DNA of 64,000 bases. It comes from Octopus vulgaris. Lineage: Eukaryota. Each line of letters starts with the position of its first letter. The stretch's first letter is position 1. Of this stretch, positions 24,564-37,796 are shown piece after piece. A model generated the notes under the pieces. That model was not told where the DNA came from and did no database searches. It saw only the letters and a list, made by a program, of their open reading frames with translations. A program made the translations under genes and the position numbers. The stretch is from contig OX597836.1 of assembly GCA_951406725.2 (NCBI GenBank), forward strand, positions 22,692,001 through 22,756,000. The letters run 5' to 3'.

Positions 24564-24767
24564 GTGAATACATATATATACATGTGTATATATACATGCG
24601 TATACATATATATATATACACGTGTATACATTACACATGAAATGTATTTATTTATAAACTTTAAAGTGCCATGACTATTAAATTCAAATGTTGTATTGAA
24701 AAGAATATGTATTACGAATTTCTTTTTCGCAAAATTTTAACAATTTTTCTGGCGGAAGGCTGAAATG

Positions 24768-25858
24768 GTATCTTTATTACGATCCTGATGATCTAATACA
24801 GAATGGGACAATACAGGACAAACAGTTCGAATGATTTCAATATTAAAAATTTACTCAAAAAGTATTTTATATACCGATTAAATTTCCTTTAACTAGAAAC
24901 TTTTTTTAAATAAAACTAACACAAAGAAAGAAAAACGAACAAAAAGGTTAAAAGATCGAACCCGGCATCCTATAAAGCCCAGCAACGATCTTTTCCTTTC
25001 ATCAATGATTAAGCTGGGTTACTAACACCCACCTTTCTCATCACATCCTTCCATCGTTTCTCGTATTCTCTCAGTGGCAGGGTCCTCCTCTCCAACCCCA
25101 TCTTGCTCTTCAGGTGGTATCTGAAGTAAGACAGCAAACCAGGACCAGTGATAAAGGACCCTTTCACCGAACCTTCCATTCTCGTCCTCCAAACACACTC
25201 CTTCAGTACTACAAACCGTACAGTAAAAACATGCCTTACCTTCCTCTGTGAGTCCAGCTGGCGGTATCATCTTTATTATAGATTCAGCCGACAGCTGTAC
25301 TCGTCCTAAATGCGACAGCACGTGTTCGACATAACTTATCAAGCTTGATAGCTCCCGACATTGTACAATAGTGTGCTGGACAGTTTCCTTGTCCACCTGG
25401 CATCTTGGACACGTCGGTAACACTAGTAAGGCGACGAGCTGGCAGAATCGTTAGCACGCCGGGTGAAATTCTTAGTGGTATTTCGTCTGCCGCTACGTTC
25501 TGAGTTCAAATTCCGCCGAGGTCGACTTTGCCTTTCATCCTTTCGGGGTCGATTAAATAAGTACCAGTTACGCACTGGGGTCGATATAATCGACTTAATC
25601 CGTGTGTCTGTCCTTGTTTGTCCTCTCTGTGTTTAGCCCCTTGTGGGTAGTAAAGAAATAGGTAACACTAGTACTCCGTGTCTGGATAACTTATCTCGAA
25701 CAGGTAAAGCCTTCCTATAACACTGCCAGGTCAGGGATTTTTTGGAAGTTATCCAAATACCCTGGCCTGAAAGTTTTTTTTAAACAGGTTGGCGAGTTGG
25801 TTCTCATCGAACCCCAGAGCCCCTCCTAGGACGTCATCGTTTTTTTTTCCTCTACCAG
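24768..25858 (-). mobile_element. Tx1/L1-type LINE, 5'-truncated
   Basis: WQCYRKALPVRDKL...CPRC...ETVQH...C zinc knuckle. 17-bp TSD GGCGGAAGGCTGAAATG (24751-24767 / 25859-25875). AATAAA sits at the minus-strand 3' end. Confidence 0.8.
25429..25660 (+). mobile_element. Meta-type SINE, full length, nested in the LINE
   Basis: 13-bp TSD GGTAACACTAGTA (25416-25428 / 25661-25673). Confidence 0.92.
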
Positions 25859-26009
25859 GGCGGAAGGCTGAAATGTGGCAAGTAGCCATTTTGGCTATTT
25901 TGAAATACGGCGCGAATTGGCAATATGACGTAATGTCGTATTGCCGAAAAAATTATTATTTTCGTTTTTTTCCATTGGTTAATATAACTGCTCATATAAA
26001 GATTTTGAT

Positions 26010-26260
26010 GACGCAGATGGGACAAATCCTTCTGGCATATTTTGGTCATATTATGCGGAGAAAATCCCTGGAGAAGGACATCATGCTCGGAATGGTCAGT
26101 GGCAAGAGATGAAGAGGCCCACCAAGAACCCGCTGGCTTGACACCATCAAGAGAGATACCGGAATGGACATAGCCAATCTGAAAGAAGCGGCCCAGGATA
26201 GAACTGACTGGAGGATACTGATCCAATGAGTGACCGAGAGTCGACTTCGACTGAGCGGAT
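26010..26260 (+). mobile_element. RTE (BovB-like) LINE 3' end
   Basis: YFGHIMRRKSLEKDIMLGMVSGKR*RGPPRTRWLDTIK...AAQDRTDWR, followed by (TA)/(GATA)n. Confidence 0.85.
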
Positions 26261-26272
26261 ATATATATATAT

Positions 26273-26312
<40 letters not shown>

Positions 26313-26381
26313 GTAGATAGATAGCATAGATAGATAGGAAGATAGATAGATAGACCAACATAGATAGATAGGCTTGATACC

Positions 26382-26421
<40 letters not shown>

Positions 26422-26441
26422 CCCAGGATAGATACTGATGG

Positions 26442-26473
<32 letters not shown>

Positions 26474-27092
26474 GAGCAGATAGATAGATAGATATAAAGA
26501 TTCTAAAAAGTTACGTAAAGAATATTTGTAATGGATTTCGATTCTTTTCAGTCAAGTTGAGCAGTTATAAAAACCCTGGATTTTGGGGGGAAAACTTTAG
26601 TGTTTGTTGGATGTAACTGAACTCCACGATACTCACTCCTTTGAGGCATTGGTGATTTTCATGCCATGTCCAAAGATAATCACAAGACGATTTTGAATTG
26701 TTGATTAATCTATTAGTTAGATTTACGAATTAGCTAGTGAATATATAGTGAATATATACGACGAAAATTATCTTTCCTTTCTAATGTACATAATATAAAA
26801 TGTTATATTTATATAATAAAACTAATTAATAAAATGTTTCTCTTCAGGTTTTTTTCAACTGAGTATAAATAAATATGAGATCTTTTCCTTTTGAACGGCA
26901 GTTTTCAACACAATTTCTAGTTAACTAAACACTTTTAAACCCTAACCCTAAATTTTAGCTTTTCGTTTTGTTTTTTTTTTTTATTGTTATCCTTAAATTA
27001 ATTTAACAATTAAGAAGAAAAAACCGAAAGCAAAAACTCAAAACAAAAACAAAACGAATAATTTTAGACACACGCGTAACAATTAAATTAAT

Positions 27093-27516
27093 GGCAATCT
27101 TTCGTCTCTAGTAGACCTTTCCGTCGATTTCCGTAAAAAAATTTTTTTTTTTTACATATGGGCTTGCGGGAACTTTTGAAGTAATGAGAGCGAAAGAGAC
27201 TAAGAGAAAGCGATTGTATGACGAGGGAAGTTCTTTTGAAGTTACCGTGCATGGCAAGCATTGATGTACATGTGTGTGTGTGTGTTTGATGGGGTGTGGG
27301 AGACAGACAGTATCTTGTGTAAGTGAAGAGCTTCTGTTAGTGTGTGTGAAGAGACAGAGTAATGTGTGAAAGAAAGAGATAACTGAAATTTTTTACTCGG
27401 TGTATGTGTATATGTATGTATATTACTTCAAAAGTTCCCGCAAGCCCATATGTAAAAAAAAAAAAAAAATTTTTACGGAAATCAACGGAAAGGTCTACTA
27501 GAGACGAAAGATCGCC
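27093..27516. mobile_element. MITE with about 95-bp TIRs, Merlin-like
   Basis: 27093-27185 is inverted relative to 27422-27516. Termini are GG...CC and the 8-bp TSD is AAATTAAT (27085-27092 / 27517-27524). Confidence 0.85.
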
Positions 27517-27596
27517 AAATTAATTTAACAATTAAGAGAAAAAAAAAAAGAAAGGCATTTCTGTAATCATTAAATTATATTTTCACTACTGTGAAG

Positions 27597-27860
27597 CATG
27601 GCAGTTCGCACACATGCATTGTACAATCTACCTTTTACTCTGAGTGAGAGACCCTTTGTCACCAGTAGGGCTAGAAGCGTTCTAAACTTTGCCCAGGCTA
27701 TTCGTATTCTAGTGGTGACACTCTCTGAGCATCCACCTCCACTACTAACTTGGTCACCTAGGTAGCGGAAACTATCAACTACTAATTTCTTCCCTTGGAG
27801 TGTGATGGAATCCGTTTTCTGAGTATCTGTGGTGTCTATTGCCCCTGTGCATCTGCCTCA
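27597..27860 (-). mobile_element. RTE-clade LINE ORF fragment
   Basis: RIRIAWAKFRTLLALLVTKGLSLRVKGRLYNACVRT on the minus strand. Confidence 0.7.
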
Positions 27861-27901
27861 CACGAAAGCTATCTTATATATATATATATAAATATATCGT
27901 G

Positions 27902-27955
<54 letters not shown>

Positions 27956-27958
<3 letters not shown>

Positions 27959-28473
27959 GCAGTATCGCCCGGCGTTGCTCGGGTTTGTAAGGGAAATAAC
28001 TATATAAGCATTTTTAGAGAGTTACTTCCCTTATAGATGCCAATTCGGGCTTTCTTAGCCATTTCTGTTTTGGTGTCTTCAAGCCATGAAGTCGTTGTTC
28101 TAAAAGAACGCTGGTCTCCTTGACAACGCATTACGACGTTGATTTCCTTAAACTCCCTTCCCCACAGCTTCACGAGGGAGGGAAGAAGGGGGAGAAGCAA
28201 ACACAGGTGCAGGTGTTTGAGCGTGGACGCCAACTCCGCCGCCATCGACGCAGGAAAAATTATGCATTAAAATGGAATAAAAAATTATGTTAAATTATTT
28301 TTTAAATCGTAGACTCATCGTAGACGCGCGCTAATATTCAGACGGGCTCGATATTAATCACGACTATAAGATACCCGAATTTGGTTAAACTGCACCGCAA
28401 AATGTGGGAGGAGTTAGGAATCTAAATCGAAGGGGACAGACACTCACACAACTACAGTTTTATATATATAGAT
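27956..28473 (-). mobile_element. Non-autonomous Helitron
   Basis: Shares terminus TAGCAGTATCGCC(C/T)GGCGTTGCTCGGGTTTGT with 10361. The other end reads TCTATATATATAAAA on the minus strand. Confidence 0.75.
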
Positions 28474-28499
28474 ATATGTATGTATGTATATATATCTGT

Positions 28500-29380
28500 G
28501 TGTGTATGTATGTATATACACATACACAGATATGCACACATACTTTGATACTTTGATAGGTTTCGGCCATTATTGGCCCAGGCCATGTCTAACTTAATAG
28601 CACCACATGCGCATGTATATATACATACATACAAATATAATGCACACATGTACATACACATGTACATACATATATATATATGTATGTATGGGTGTATATG
28701 CACACAACATATACAAACATGTTATATACATTCATGCAAATACTCACATGTGCATGAATGTATCTTTGTGTGTGTGTGTTTATATGTATGCATGAGTGTT
28801 TGTTGTTATCATTTTATTCGTATTTGATATAATGCATGCTTAATACAGATTATATCAGCTCACACATACATACATACATATGCACATACATACATACAAA
28901 TATACATACATATAAATATACATACATACACATATACATACTTACATACACATGTGCATACATACATATATACACACACACATATGTACATACGCATACA
29001 TATATACACGCATACATACATGCACACATACATACACACATACATACACAAATACACACACATATACACATACATACATACATACACACACATAGATACA
29101 CACATACATACATACATACACACATACATACACAAATACACACACATATACACATACATACACACACATACGCACATAGATACACGCATACATAGACAAA
29201 TACACACACACACACACACATACACATGTGCATGCACACATACATGCATGCACATACATGCACACACACATACATATATACATACATGCATACACAAACA
29301 TACATACAAACACACACATACATACATACACACATATACATACATACATACACAAATACATACACACGCAGATATATACC
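28500..29380. repeat. Degenerate (CA/TA)n and (TACA)n microsatellite
   Basis: Read directly from the sequence. Confidence 0.95.
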
Positions 29381-29601
29381 TATGTAGTTTGACCTTTCAA
29401 AAGTAAAAAAAAAAACACAACCAAAATAATTGACATCGCTTTACTAAACGGTCTTCTCTCATTTTCTCATATACAAACTAATAATGTCTGTCTGTGTGTC
29501 TGATATGGGCACAAGGCAGTAGGTTTTGGGGATTATGTGACTGTCATGCCTTTTTGTTTTGTTTTTTCTCAAGACCATTAATGTCACACAATCTGTTTGT
29601 T

Positions 29602-30000
29602 TCATTCCACAATCAAATGAAAATTGAGTTGTTGATTCAGTTTGCTCAGATTTTATCAAGGTTATATATGATATTCAAAACCAAAAGTAAATGTGAAAGT
29701 CATTCCAGTTATCTTCAGAGCCTTGGGTTCAATCTCTAGCCATGTTCCACCTGAAAGTAATAGACATCAGGGCAGACATTTGAGTGATGCAAAAATATCT
29801 GTCATTCCACAATCAAATGAAAATTGAGTTGTTGATTCAGTTTGCTCAGATTTTATCAAGGTTATGATATTCAAAACCAAAAGTAAATGTGAAAGTCATT
29901 CCAGTTATCTTCAGAGCCTTGGGTTCAATCTCTAGCCATGTTCCACCTGAAAGTAATAGACATCAGGGCAGACATTTGAGTGATGCAAAAATATCTGTCA
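29602..30000. repeat. Direct tandem duplication of about 200 bp
   Basis: 29602-29802 matches 29803-30000 apart from a 4-bp ATAT indel. Confidence 0.92.
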
Positions 30001-30044
30001 AATTTGGATCAGTTCATATTCTTAGAAAAGAATTTTCTGTTTAA

Positions 30045-30264
30045 CCCTTTAGCATTTAAACCGGCCATAGCCGGCTGAAAGTATTCTGCCTGTTTCATGG
30101 TCAAACTAGCTAGATCTGGTCTCTCACACCAACCCTACAATATTGTTTTAAAAATTACAGGTACCTCATCAAAATCTCGTCGCTACAAGATAATGCATGA
30201 TTAGTTCAAAACAATGTGGATAAAAGAGCATTAATTTTGGCAGAATAATGCGAACACTAAAGGG
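30045..30264. mobile_element. piggyBac-type MITE
   Basis: TTAA|CCCTTTAG...CTAAAGGG|TTAA. A second copy lies at 59663-59882. Confidence 0.88.
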
Positions 30265-30384
30265 TTAAGGTTCATTTGGTAAGCTTTAAAAAAAAAGAAT
30301 AAAAACAACAAAAAAAACCCCAGTATTTTTATTTCCAAACTGTACAGTGAAAGATGATGATGATAACTATAGGTTAATCACTTG

Positions 30385-30606
30385 CTTACCTTTAGTGTGG
30401 ACGCTGTTAACAGGAATGCTTCCAGAAAGCATTTACGAGCACCTTGACAACCAGAATCTACTACCAGAAGAACAGTAAGGTTGCAGGAAGAAGGCTAGGG
30501 AATGCATGATCTATTATATATAGACAAAGCAGTTCTAAATGAAGTAAAAACCAGAAAGAAAAATCTAACAATAGCATGGATAGATTATAGGAAAGCCTAT
30601 GACATG
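30385..30606 (+). mobile_element. R4/Dong-type reverse transcriptase fragment
   Basis: YEHLDNQNLLPEEQ*GCRK...DLLYIDKAVL...KNLTIAWIDYRKAYDM. Confidence 0.8.
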
Positions 30607-30909
30607 CATCACAACCATACGTGTGCAACAAAGTCTACCTCAGTGGAATTTGATCTCAGAATGTAATAAAGACTTATGAAATGCTACTTAGCATTTTGCC
30701 TGATGTGCTAACAATTCTGCCGGTTCACCACCTTGATAAAACTAAGAAGAAAAAAAAACAGCAACATTAAATACAAATAAATACACAATGAATAATTTAA
30801 AGAGAAATAATTCCAACAGACATATTTGATGAAGGAATTAAAGCACAGCAGAAATCCTAAAGTTGTTAATATTTAAAAAAAAATATGGTTATTAAAACTT
30901 ATTAAAGCT

Positions 30910-30964
<55 letters not shown>

Positions 30965-32259
30965 GTATGTATGTATTGTTCAATATCTTTATGTTTTGCG
31001 CTAGTTTTAGACATTCCTCTTCTTTTTTGCTGTTTTCCTGTTTTCCAGATTATGAAACTGTCATGGCCGCTATTTCCAATTTTCACTCAAAACGTTTTGT
31101 TCATTTTTTTCCTTTTTTTTTTGTCCTTTCTTTCAATTTCTATTGAAAGGATTTTTAAAAACTCTAGCTTTATATATATTTATTTGTTTATTTGTAGGAA
31201 ATAGGGTTTTATTTTTCTGTATTGAGATTAGTTTATTTTTATTTTAAGTGTGAATTCATTTATTTAATGTAAATTCATTCTTTGAAAATAAGAAGGAAAA
31301 TAAAAAAAAATCAACAAAAGGTGTGAAATGGATGCTTGTGCGAAATAAGTTATTCTTGTTATTGTTGTTATCCATCATGTCGTTGTTGTTATTATTGTTG
31401 TTATCGCTGTTGTCATTAATGTTGTTCAGAATATTTTGTTGTTGTTATTGATCCGGCCATTGTTATTTTGTTGTTGTTGTTATTGTTCTGGCTGTTGGCA
31501 GTCATTGCTTATTTTATTGTTGTTGTTAATGTTGTTATCAATGTTGTTGTTGCCCTTATTCTTGTTGTTACTGTTATTGTTATTTTGTTGCTTGTGCTGT
31601 TGTTGTTCTTGTTGTTGTTAGTGCTGTCTTATGTGAGGCGTTTTTCTGTGATGGTTGCATTGAGTCGTTAGCTGTGTGTAAATGATAAACAACACTCACA
31701 AGCAATTAACAGAAGCTTTTATTTACTGTACAAAGTGTTTTCGGTGTTGGTCGTTGAATGAAGAATAACAACAACAATTTATAAACACTGAATGAGACAA
31801 AACTCTGGCTTTTGCAATAAATAACTGGTACATGTAGATCTGTTATTTTGCCATCACAACTGAAGAAATATTATGCTAAATTCAAAACAGTAAATCTATA
31901 CTTTCTATCTGCTCGGCTTGAGAATAAAAATATGAGCATGGAGCTGTTGAAACAACTGTCTCGACATTCTGTATCTGAAAATGGCTGTAAAATGGAAATA
32001 TGAGTATGGAATTGTTGAAACAACTGCCTCGACATTTCAATGTCCAAAGATAGGTTTAAGGTCAACAAGTGTGCACTCAAGTCACTCACAAAAATTTTAA
32101 CAACCCACACTAATGCATGCCCCACCCTCAATTTTCCCACATCCTATGTTGGAAAACACTGTTCTAGCTGCTATGCTTTTGGAACAACCATCCTCCACTA
32201 CTTACTTGCACTAGGTACACCTTATGAAATTTCTCCCAACACCTGTTCTACTTATCGAG

Positions 32260-32337
<78 letters not shown>

Positions 32338-33030
32338 AAGGGCTTCTTTCAGTTTCCACCTTCTAAAGCTACTCACAAGGCTTTGGTGAGCCTGAGTTTA
32401 TTGTAGAAGCACCCTAGGTGCCATGCAGTGAAACTGAACCTGGAACCATGTGGTTAGCAAGCAAGCTTCTTTCCACACAGCCAAACCTGTGCAAATATCC
32501 TTGCATAAGAATGAAAAATGATCCATTTTCTCCCTTTAAAAAAATTTTTTTTAGCATCTCTGTATTTTAGACAACAGAAATTACTATTCTGAACAAATAG
32601 GTGTAGTCGTGGTTGAGTGGTGAGAAGTTTGCTTGCCAACTACATGGTTTCAAGTTCAATCCCACTACATCACACTTTGGGTAAGTGTCTTCTGCTATAG
32701 CCTTGGGCCAACCAAAACTTTGTGAGTAGATTTGGTAAATGGAAGCTGAAAGAAGTCCATTAAAACAAAAAGATACATATATATATTTATTTATTTACAT
32801 ATATATACATATATTGTGTGTGTGTGTGTGTGTGTGCTTGTCTCTTCCACTGCTTGATAACCAGTGTTGGTGGGTTTACATCCTCACAACTTACTGGTCC
32901 AGCAAAAGAAACCGATAGAATAAATAACAGGCTTTATAAAATAATTACTGGGGCCAATTCATTCAGCTAAAATTCTTCAAGGTGGTGCTACAGCATGGTC
33001 ACAGTCTAATGATTGAAACAACTAAAAAAT
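32338..33030. mobile_element. Two divergently oriented CORE-type SINE copies
   Basis: Minus-strand head at 32338-32490 and plus-strand copy at about 32600-33030. Confidence 0.7.
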
Positions 33031-33469
33031 GAAAAATAAAAAAAATAAAAAATATTTTTTTACAAAAAAATTCCAATTTCTTTTACATTTTTACCTACTT
33101 CCATAACTTTTTTCTCTTCTAACGATGCAAAAGAATTTCAAAGAAGACTGTTCCAAAACTCTACAGAAATTTGTATAAGAAAGAAATTTTTTGAATAAGG
33201 CACATAGTATATCACAGGTGAATCTGTATAACAACAGCCCTTGAAGTATAGAAAGGTGAAAATATGAGCAATAAATGTTAATAGTAATAGATGTTGTTTA
33301 TGTATGTCTGAAAAGTAGGAGCAGCTATTTGCAATTTTCACCTTCATCAGAAGATGATAAACAACTTTTAAGCTGTTATTCTGTGTGTATCTGTGTGTGT
33401 ATGGTGAGGTGGAGTTGTTTATGTGTATATGCAAGTATGTGTGTGTTTGTGAATGTGCTTTATATATAC

Positions 33470-33574
<105 letters not shown>

Positions 33575-33600
33575 CATATATATATATATACATATATATA

Positions 33601-33697
33601 TACCGGAGTAAACACATAAATGTGAAACAAGGTGGAAAAAAGAGTACTCAAATACCAGTGGTAGAGTGATATGCTTTATTTAAAGCAGCAGAAAATT

Positions 33698-33746
<49 letters not shown>

Positions 33747-33820
33747 CTGTCAGCACGATGAACGGCAACGGGAAACTCAGAGTAACAGGTTTTGTTGAAT
33801 TTTCTGCTGCTTTATAAATA
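33601..33820. mobile_element. Penelope-like terminal fragments in inverted arrangement within (TA)n
   Basis: 22-bp perfect inverted repeat at 33681-33702 / 33793-33814, and a degenerate hammerhead-like CGATGA...GAAACTCAGAGTA. Confidence 0.45.
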
Positions 33821-33869
33821 TATATATATATATATATATACATACACATACAAATACAAATACATACAT

Positions 33870-33910
<41 letters not shown>

Positions 33911-33998
33911 TTCTTTCATACATGCAAACATGGAAATATATGTATGAATGTAACTGTATGTGTGTCTGTATATATATATATATGTGTGTGTGCGTGCT

Positions 33999-34038
<40 letters not shown>

Positions 34039-34158
34039 AGCACGCACACACACACACACACACACACACAAAACATATGCACAAGCAACAATATGTGTAT
34101 ATATGTATGTATATGTTTACATACATTTATGCATGCATACAAGTATGTACATGCAAAT

Positions 34159-34198
<40 letters not shown>

Positions 34199-34209
34199 GC
34201 ATGTATGTA

Positions 34210-34246
<37 letters not shown>

Positions 34247-34479
34247 CAGAGAGAAAAGGAGCATGTAAGCGATGTTCGTGAGTTGGTTTTCGTTCATTTC
34301 TTGTTATCCAAGAGGGAAAACAAAGCTGGCTCAAACAAGTGTTAAAATGTTGCATGTTGGGAGAACAATGGCCAACCACTACAGTTATTTATGTAATAAT
34401 GTACTTCAGGAATGGGTGGGGTGGGGTGGGGGTCAGCAACACCATTTGGAGTTTCACAGCTTCAAGTTGATATGGCTAT

Positions 34480-34600
34480 ATATCATCACTATTGTCATCA
34501 TCACTGCCATTGTCATCGTAATGGTCATCGTCATCATCATCCTTCTGCTCTCCTCCTTTTCCTCTTCCTCCTCCTCCTCCTTCTCCTCTTTGTCATCATT

Positions 34601-34632
<32 letters not shown>

Positions 34633-34960
34633 TATCATTGTTGTCATCACTACAATTCTCACTACAACCACCACCACCACCACCATTGTAATTATTGTCA
34701 TCATCATCATCGTCATCATCGTCGTTGTCGTTAGCAGTAGGAGTGGCATCCTCCTCATCATCATCACCACCACTACCACCAGCATCATCAGTCACCCTTC
34801 CTCCTCCGTCTCCTCCTCCCCCTCCCAATCCTCCTCCTCCTCATCATCATCATTATCGTTATTGTCATCATCGCCATTATCATCATCGTCATCATCATCA
34901 TCATCATCATCATCACCTTTGTCGTCATGGTCATCTTTGTCATTACCATCATCATCATCG
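34480..34960. repeat. (CAT)n/(CAC)n/(CCT)n trinucleotide tract
   Basis: Read directly. Similar tracts lie at 37220-38010, 39420-39845 and 52460-52735. Confidence 0.95.
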
Positions 34961-34971
34961 TTTGACATTCT

Positions 34972-35140
34972 TTCAATTTAGCTTTGACAAAGGAATTTAC
35001 TGACATTAATGATAGGGAAACAGAAGTAATAATGCATGCCAGGGGAAACCCTGCTGTTCAACAAGGGCTTTGCTTGGGTCAAAGGAACCAACCAAAGAAG
35101 CTCCTTCAACATGGTGATGGGAGCATTCAACAGCGTGTAT
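34972..35140 (+). mobile_element. Penelope-like reverse transcriptase fragment
   Basis: KEFTDINDRETEVIMHAR/TLLFNKGFAWVKG...FNMVMGAFNS resembles the PLE RT region (SLLF...WVKK...FDVTMGS). Confidence 0.55.
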
Positions 35141-35299
35141 TTCTCCAACCTCACAGGATTATATATATATGGACATCTTAACAAAGAGGTTCCCAGGAAT
35201 TGAGCACACAGCATCACAATTGCGAGCCCAACACTCTAACCACTGAGCCATGCACCTTCACAACAGGGCTGCAGTATGTGACACGCATTCCAAGTGCCA

Positions 35300-35812
35300 A
35301 TCATTATCATCATTGTTCGACTGTGGTCGAGACAATGGAATTTACCATGCTACGCCAGACTTCACGGTCCATCATAGCATTACGGAGGTCCTGTTGCTGG
35401 ATGCCTGTATCCCTGGAGATTACATCAGGGTAGGAGAGTGTGCACCCTCTGGTATTGCAAGTAGATGGCTTCCAGAGGAGAAGAGTAGAAATTGCCTCGT
35501 TTTCAGCTCTACAACAATGTCCAGCAAACTGGACTCTCCTACCTTTCGCAAAAGATGACACAGGTGGTAGTTTCCCATATATTAGCATTTTGGTTGGATG
35601 ACGCTGCCACAAGAGATTTTGAGCTCTCATAAGGAGGCGAGTGTAGGTTCCATCTCAAGCTTCTTTGATAACGTCCAGGTTTCTGAGCCATATAGTAGAA
35701 TTGGTTTGACTGTGGCATTGAAGATTTCAAGTTTGAAGACTCTACTTAGATTTGATGACCAGATCTTATGCATGTCATTACAGGCTGACCAGGCCATACC
35801 CTTTCTAGTTAG
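35300..35812 (-). mobile_element. RTE-group LINE 3' end
   Basis: AWSACNDMHKIW...LLYGSETWTL...RRVQFAGHCCR...AMMDREVWR* with a (TGA)n tail. Confidence 0.85.
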
Positions 35813-36485
35813 AAAGTGCCAAACAGTGGAACTGAACCCAAATCTATGGAATCCAGAAGCAAACCTCTTAACTACAAGACATCCATACCTACAACTTCTT
35901 CATAGACTCCGATGGATTAATTTTTGATGACATAGAACCCGGCCATTTTCTTTACATCCCACATTCTACCTTTTGTAGCATCGATATCAGTGTGTGGCAA
36001 ACAGCAGAGCTGTTTGCAAACCTCCACTTGCTATCATCTTGTAAATGGCATCCACATTCTGTTGCTTGTTTATCAACAGTGGGTGATTCTAGGTTTAAGA
36101 GATTTGCTTCCATCATCTTCTATCTGCTTATCTCTTTTATCTTTCCAAGATCAACAGAGTTATGAAGACGTGATTGCCTATTTAATTTAGTGATTGGTGA
36201 TTAACGATCCAAACTTATGGTCTGTATGGTACTTTCAGCCGGTATTTATTAAATATTAACCCATTCTCGCAGGTTCTATCGTAATGTGTAAACACTGCGC
36301 CATGATACATGTGTGTATGCATGTGTGTGCATGTGTGTGTATGTGTGTGTGTGTGTGTGTGTGCATACACAGAGACACACACACATATATATATACATAT
36401 ATATATATACATATACATATATGTACTTATATTTATATACATATATACATATATATATATATGTATACAAACACATATATGTACT

Positions 36486-36521
<36 letters not shown>

Positions 36522-36950
36522 TATATATGTATATGTATGTATGTGTAAATATATATATGTGTGTGCACATATATATATATATGTACATACATATATATAT
36601 ACATATATATATATACATATATATACATATATATATATATACACACACATATATATATATATGTACATATGTATGTACATATATATACACACGCATATAT
36701 ATGTATATACATACATATATTTACATATATATATAGATATATGTGTATATATATGCATGTATGTACATATATATAAGTACACATACATATATATATTTAC
36801 ACATACATACATATACATTTATATATATATATATATATATACACAAAAAAAAATAATATTAACAGCCATGCACAATACACAGACACATGCACATACATAC
36901 ATATATGCATCTTATGCATGCCTGAATCTACATGAATAGTGTGTGCATGC

Positions 36951-36984
<34 letters not shown>

Positions 36985-37225
36985 ACATGTGTGTGTGTGC
37001 ACATGCATGTGTGTGTGTGTGTGTGCACATGCATGTGTGTGTGTGTATGTGTGTGCATGTTTGTATAAGAGTAGTGAGAGAGAAATGGGAGAAAGATAAC
37101 AGTTTTCCAAATTGAAGAATATTCATCTGGAATTGTACCTCAAAGACGAAACAATATTGGTTCACACAGCAATAAAACTCGGCTGGAATTAGTCATAGAT
37201 AATATCAGTCACTTATATTTACATC

Positions 37226-37308
<83 letters not shown>

Positions 37309-37759
37309 TGTCATCCATCATCATCACCACCATCACCATCATCATTGTCATCATCATCACCATCATCATCATCAGTGTCATCACTGTCTTTATCATTACC
37401 ATCATCACTACCATTCGTTTCCATTACCATCACTACTCTGACAGCCGCCACCATCACCTCCACCGCTGCAAGAAACATCATAGACGTCGGAACAGAAAGC
37501 AATCATTGATTGGCGTTAGTTGTAGTTTGTCTATCATAGTCATCAACATCTCCCCTACCACCACCACCACCGCCGCCGCCACCATCATCATCATCATCAT
37601 CATCACCATTCATTCTCACTATTACCACCACCACTTTTACTATCACAACAATCACCAACATCACCATCACTGCCATTATCATCATCACCACCACCACCAC
37701 CACCACTACCACCACCACCACCGCTGCCACCACCCACCCCCACCGCTGCCACCACCACT

Positions 37760-37796
<37 letters not shown>

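Noticed and set aside
26940-26952. CCTAACCCTAA telomere-like motif
   Set aside because: Only two units, too short to call an interstitial telomere.
28836-29406. Numerous YI/HT/CV-repeat ORFs here and throughout the window
   Set aside because: They are dinucleotide and tetranucleotide microsatellite translations.
31928-32036. 41-bp imperfect direct repeat with a 68-bp period
   Set aside because: A two-copy local duplication with no further structure.
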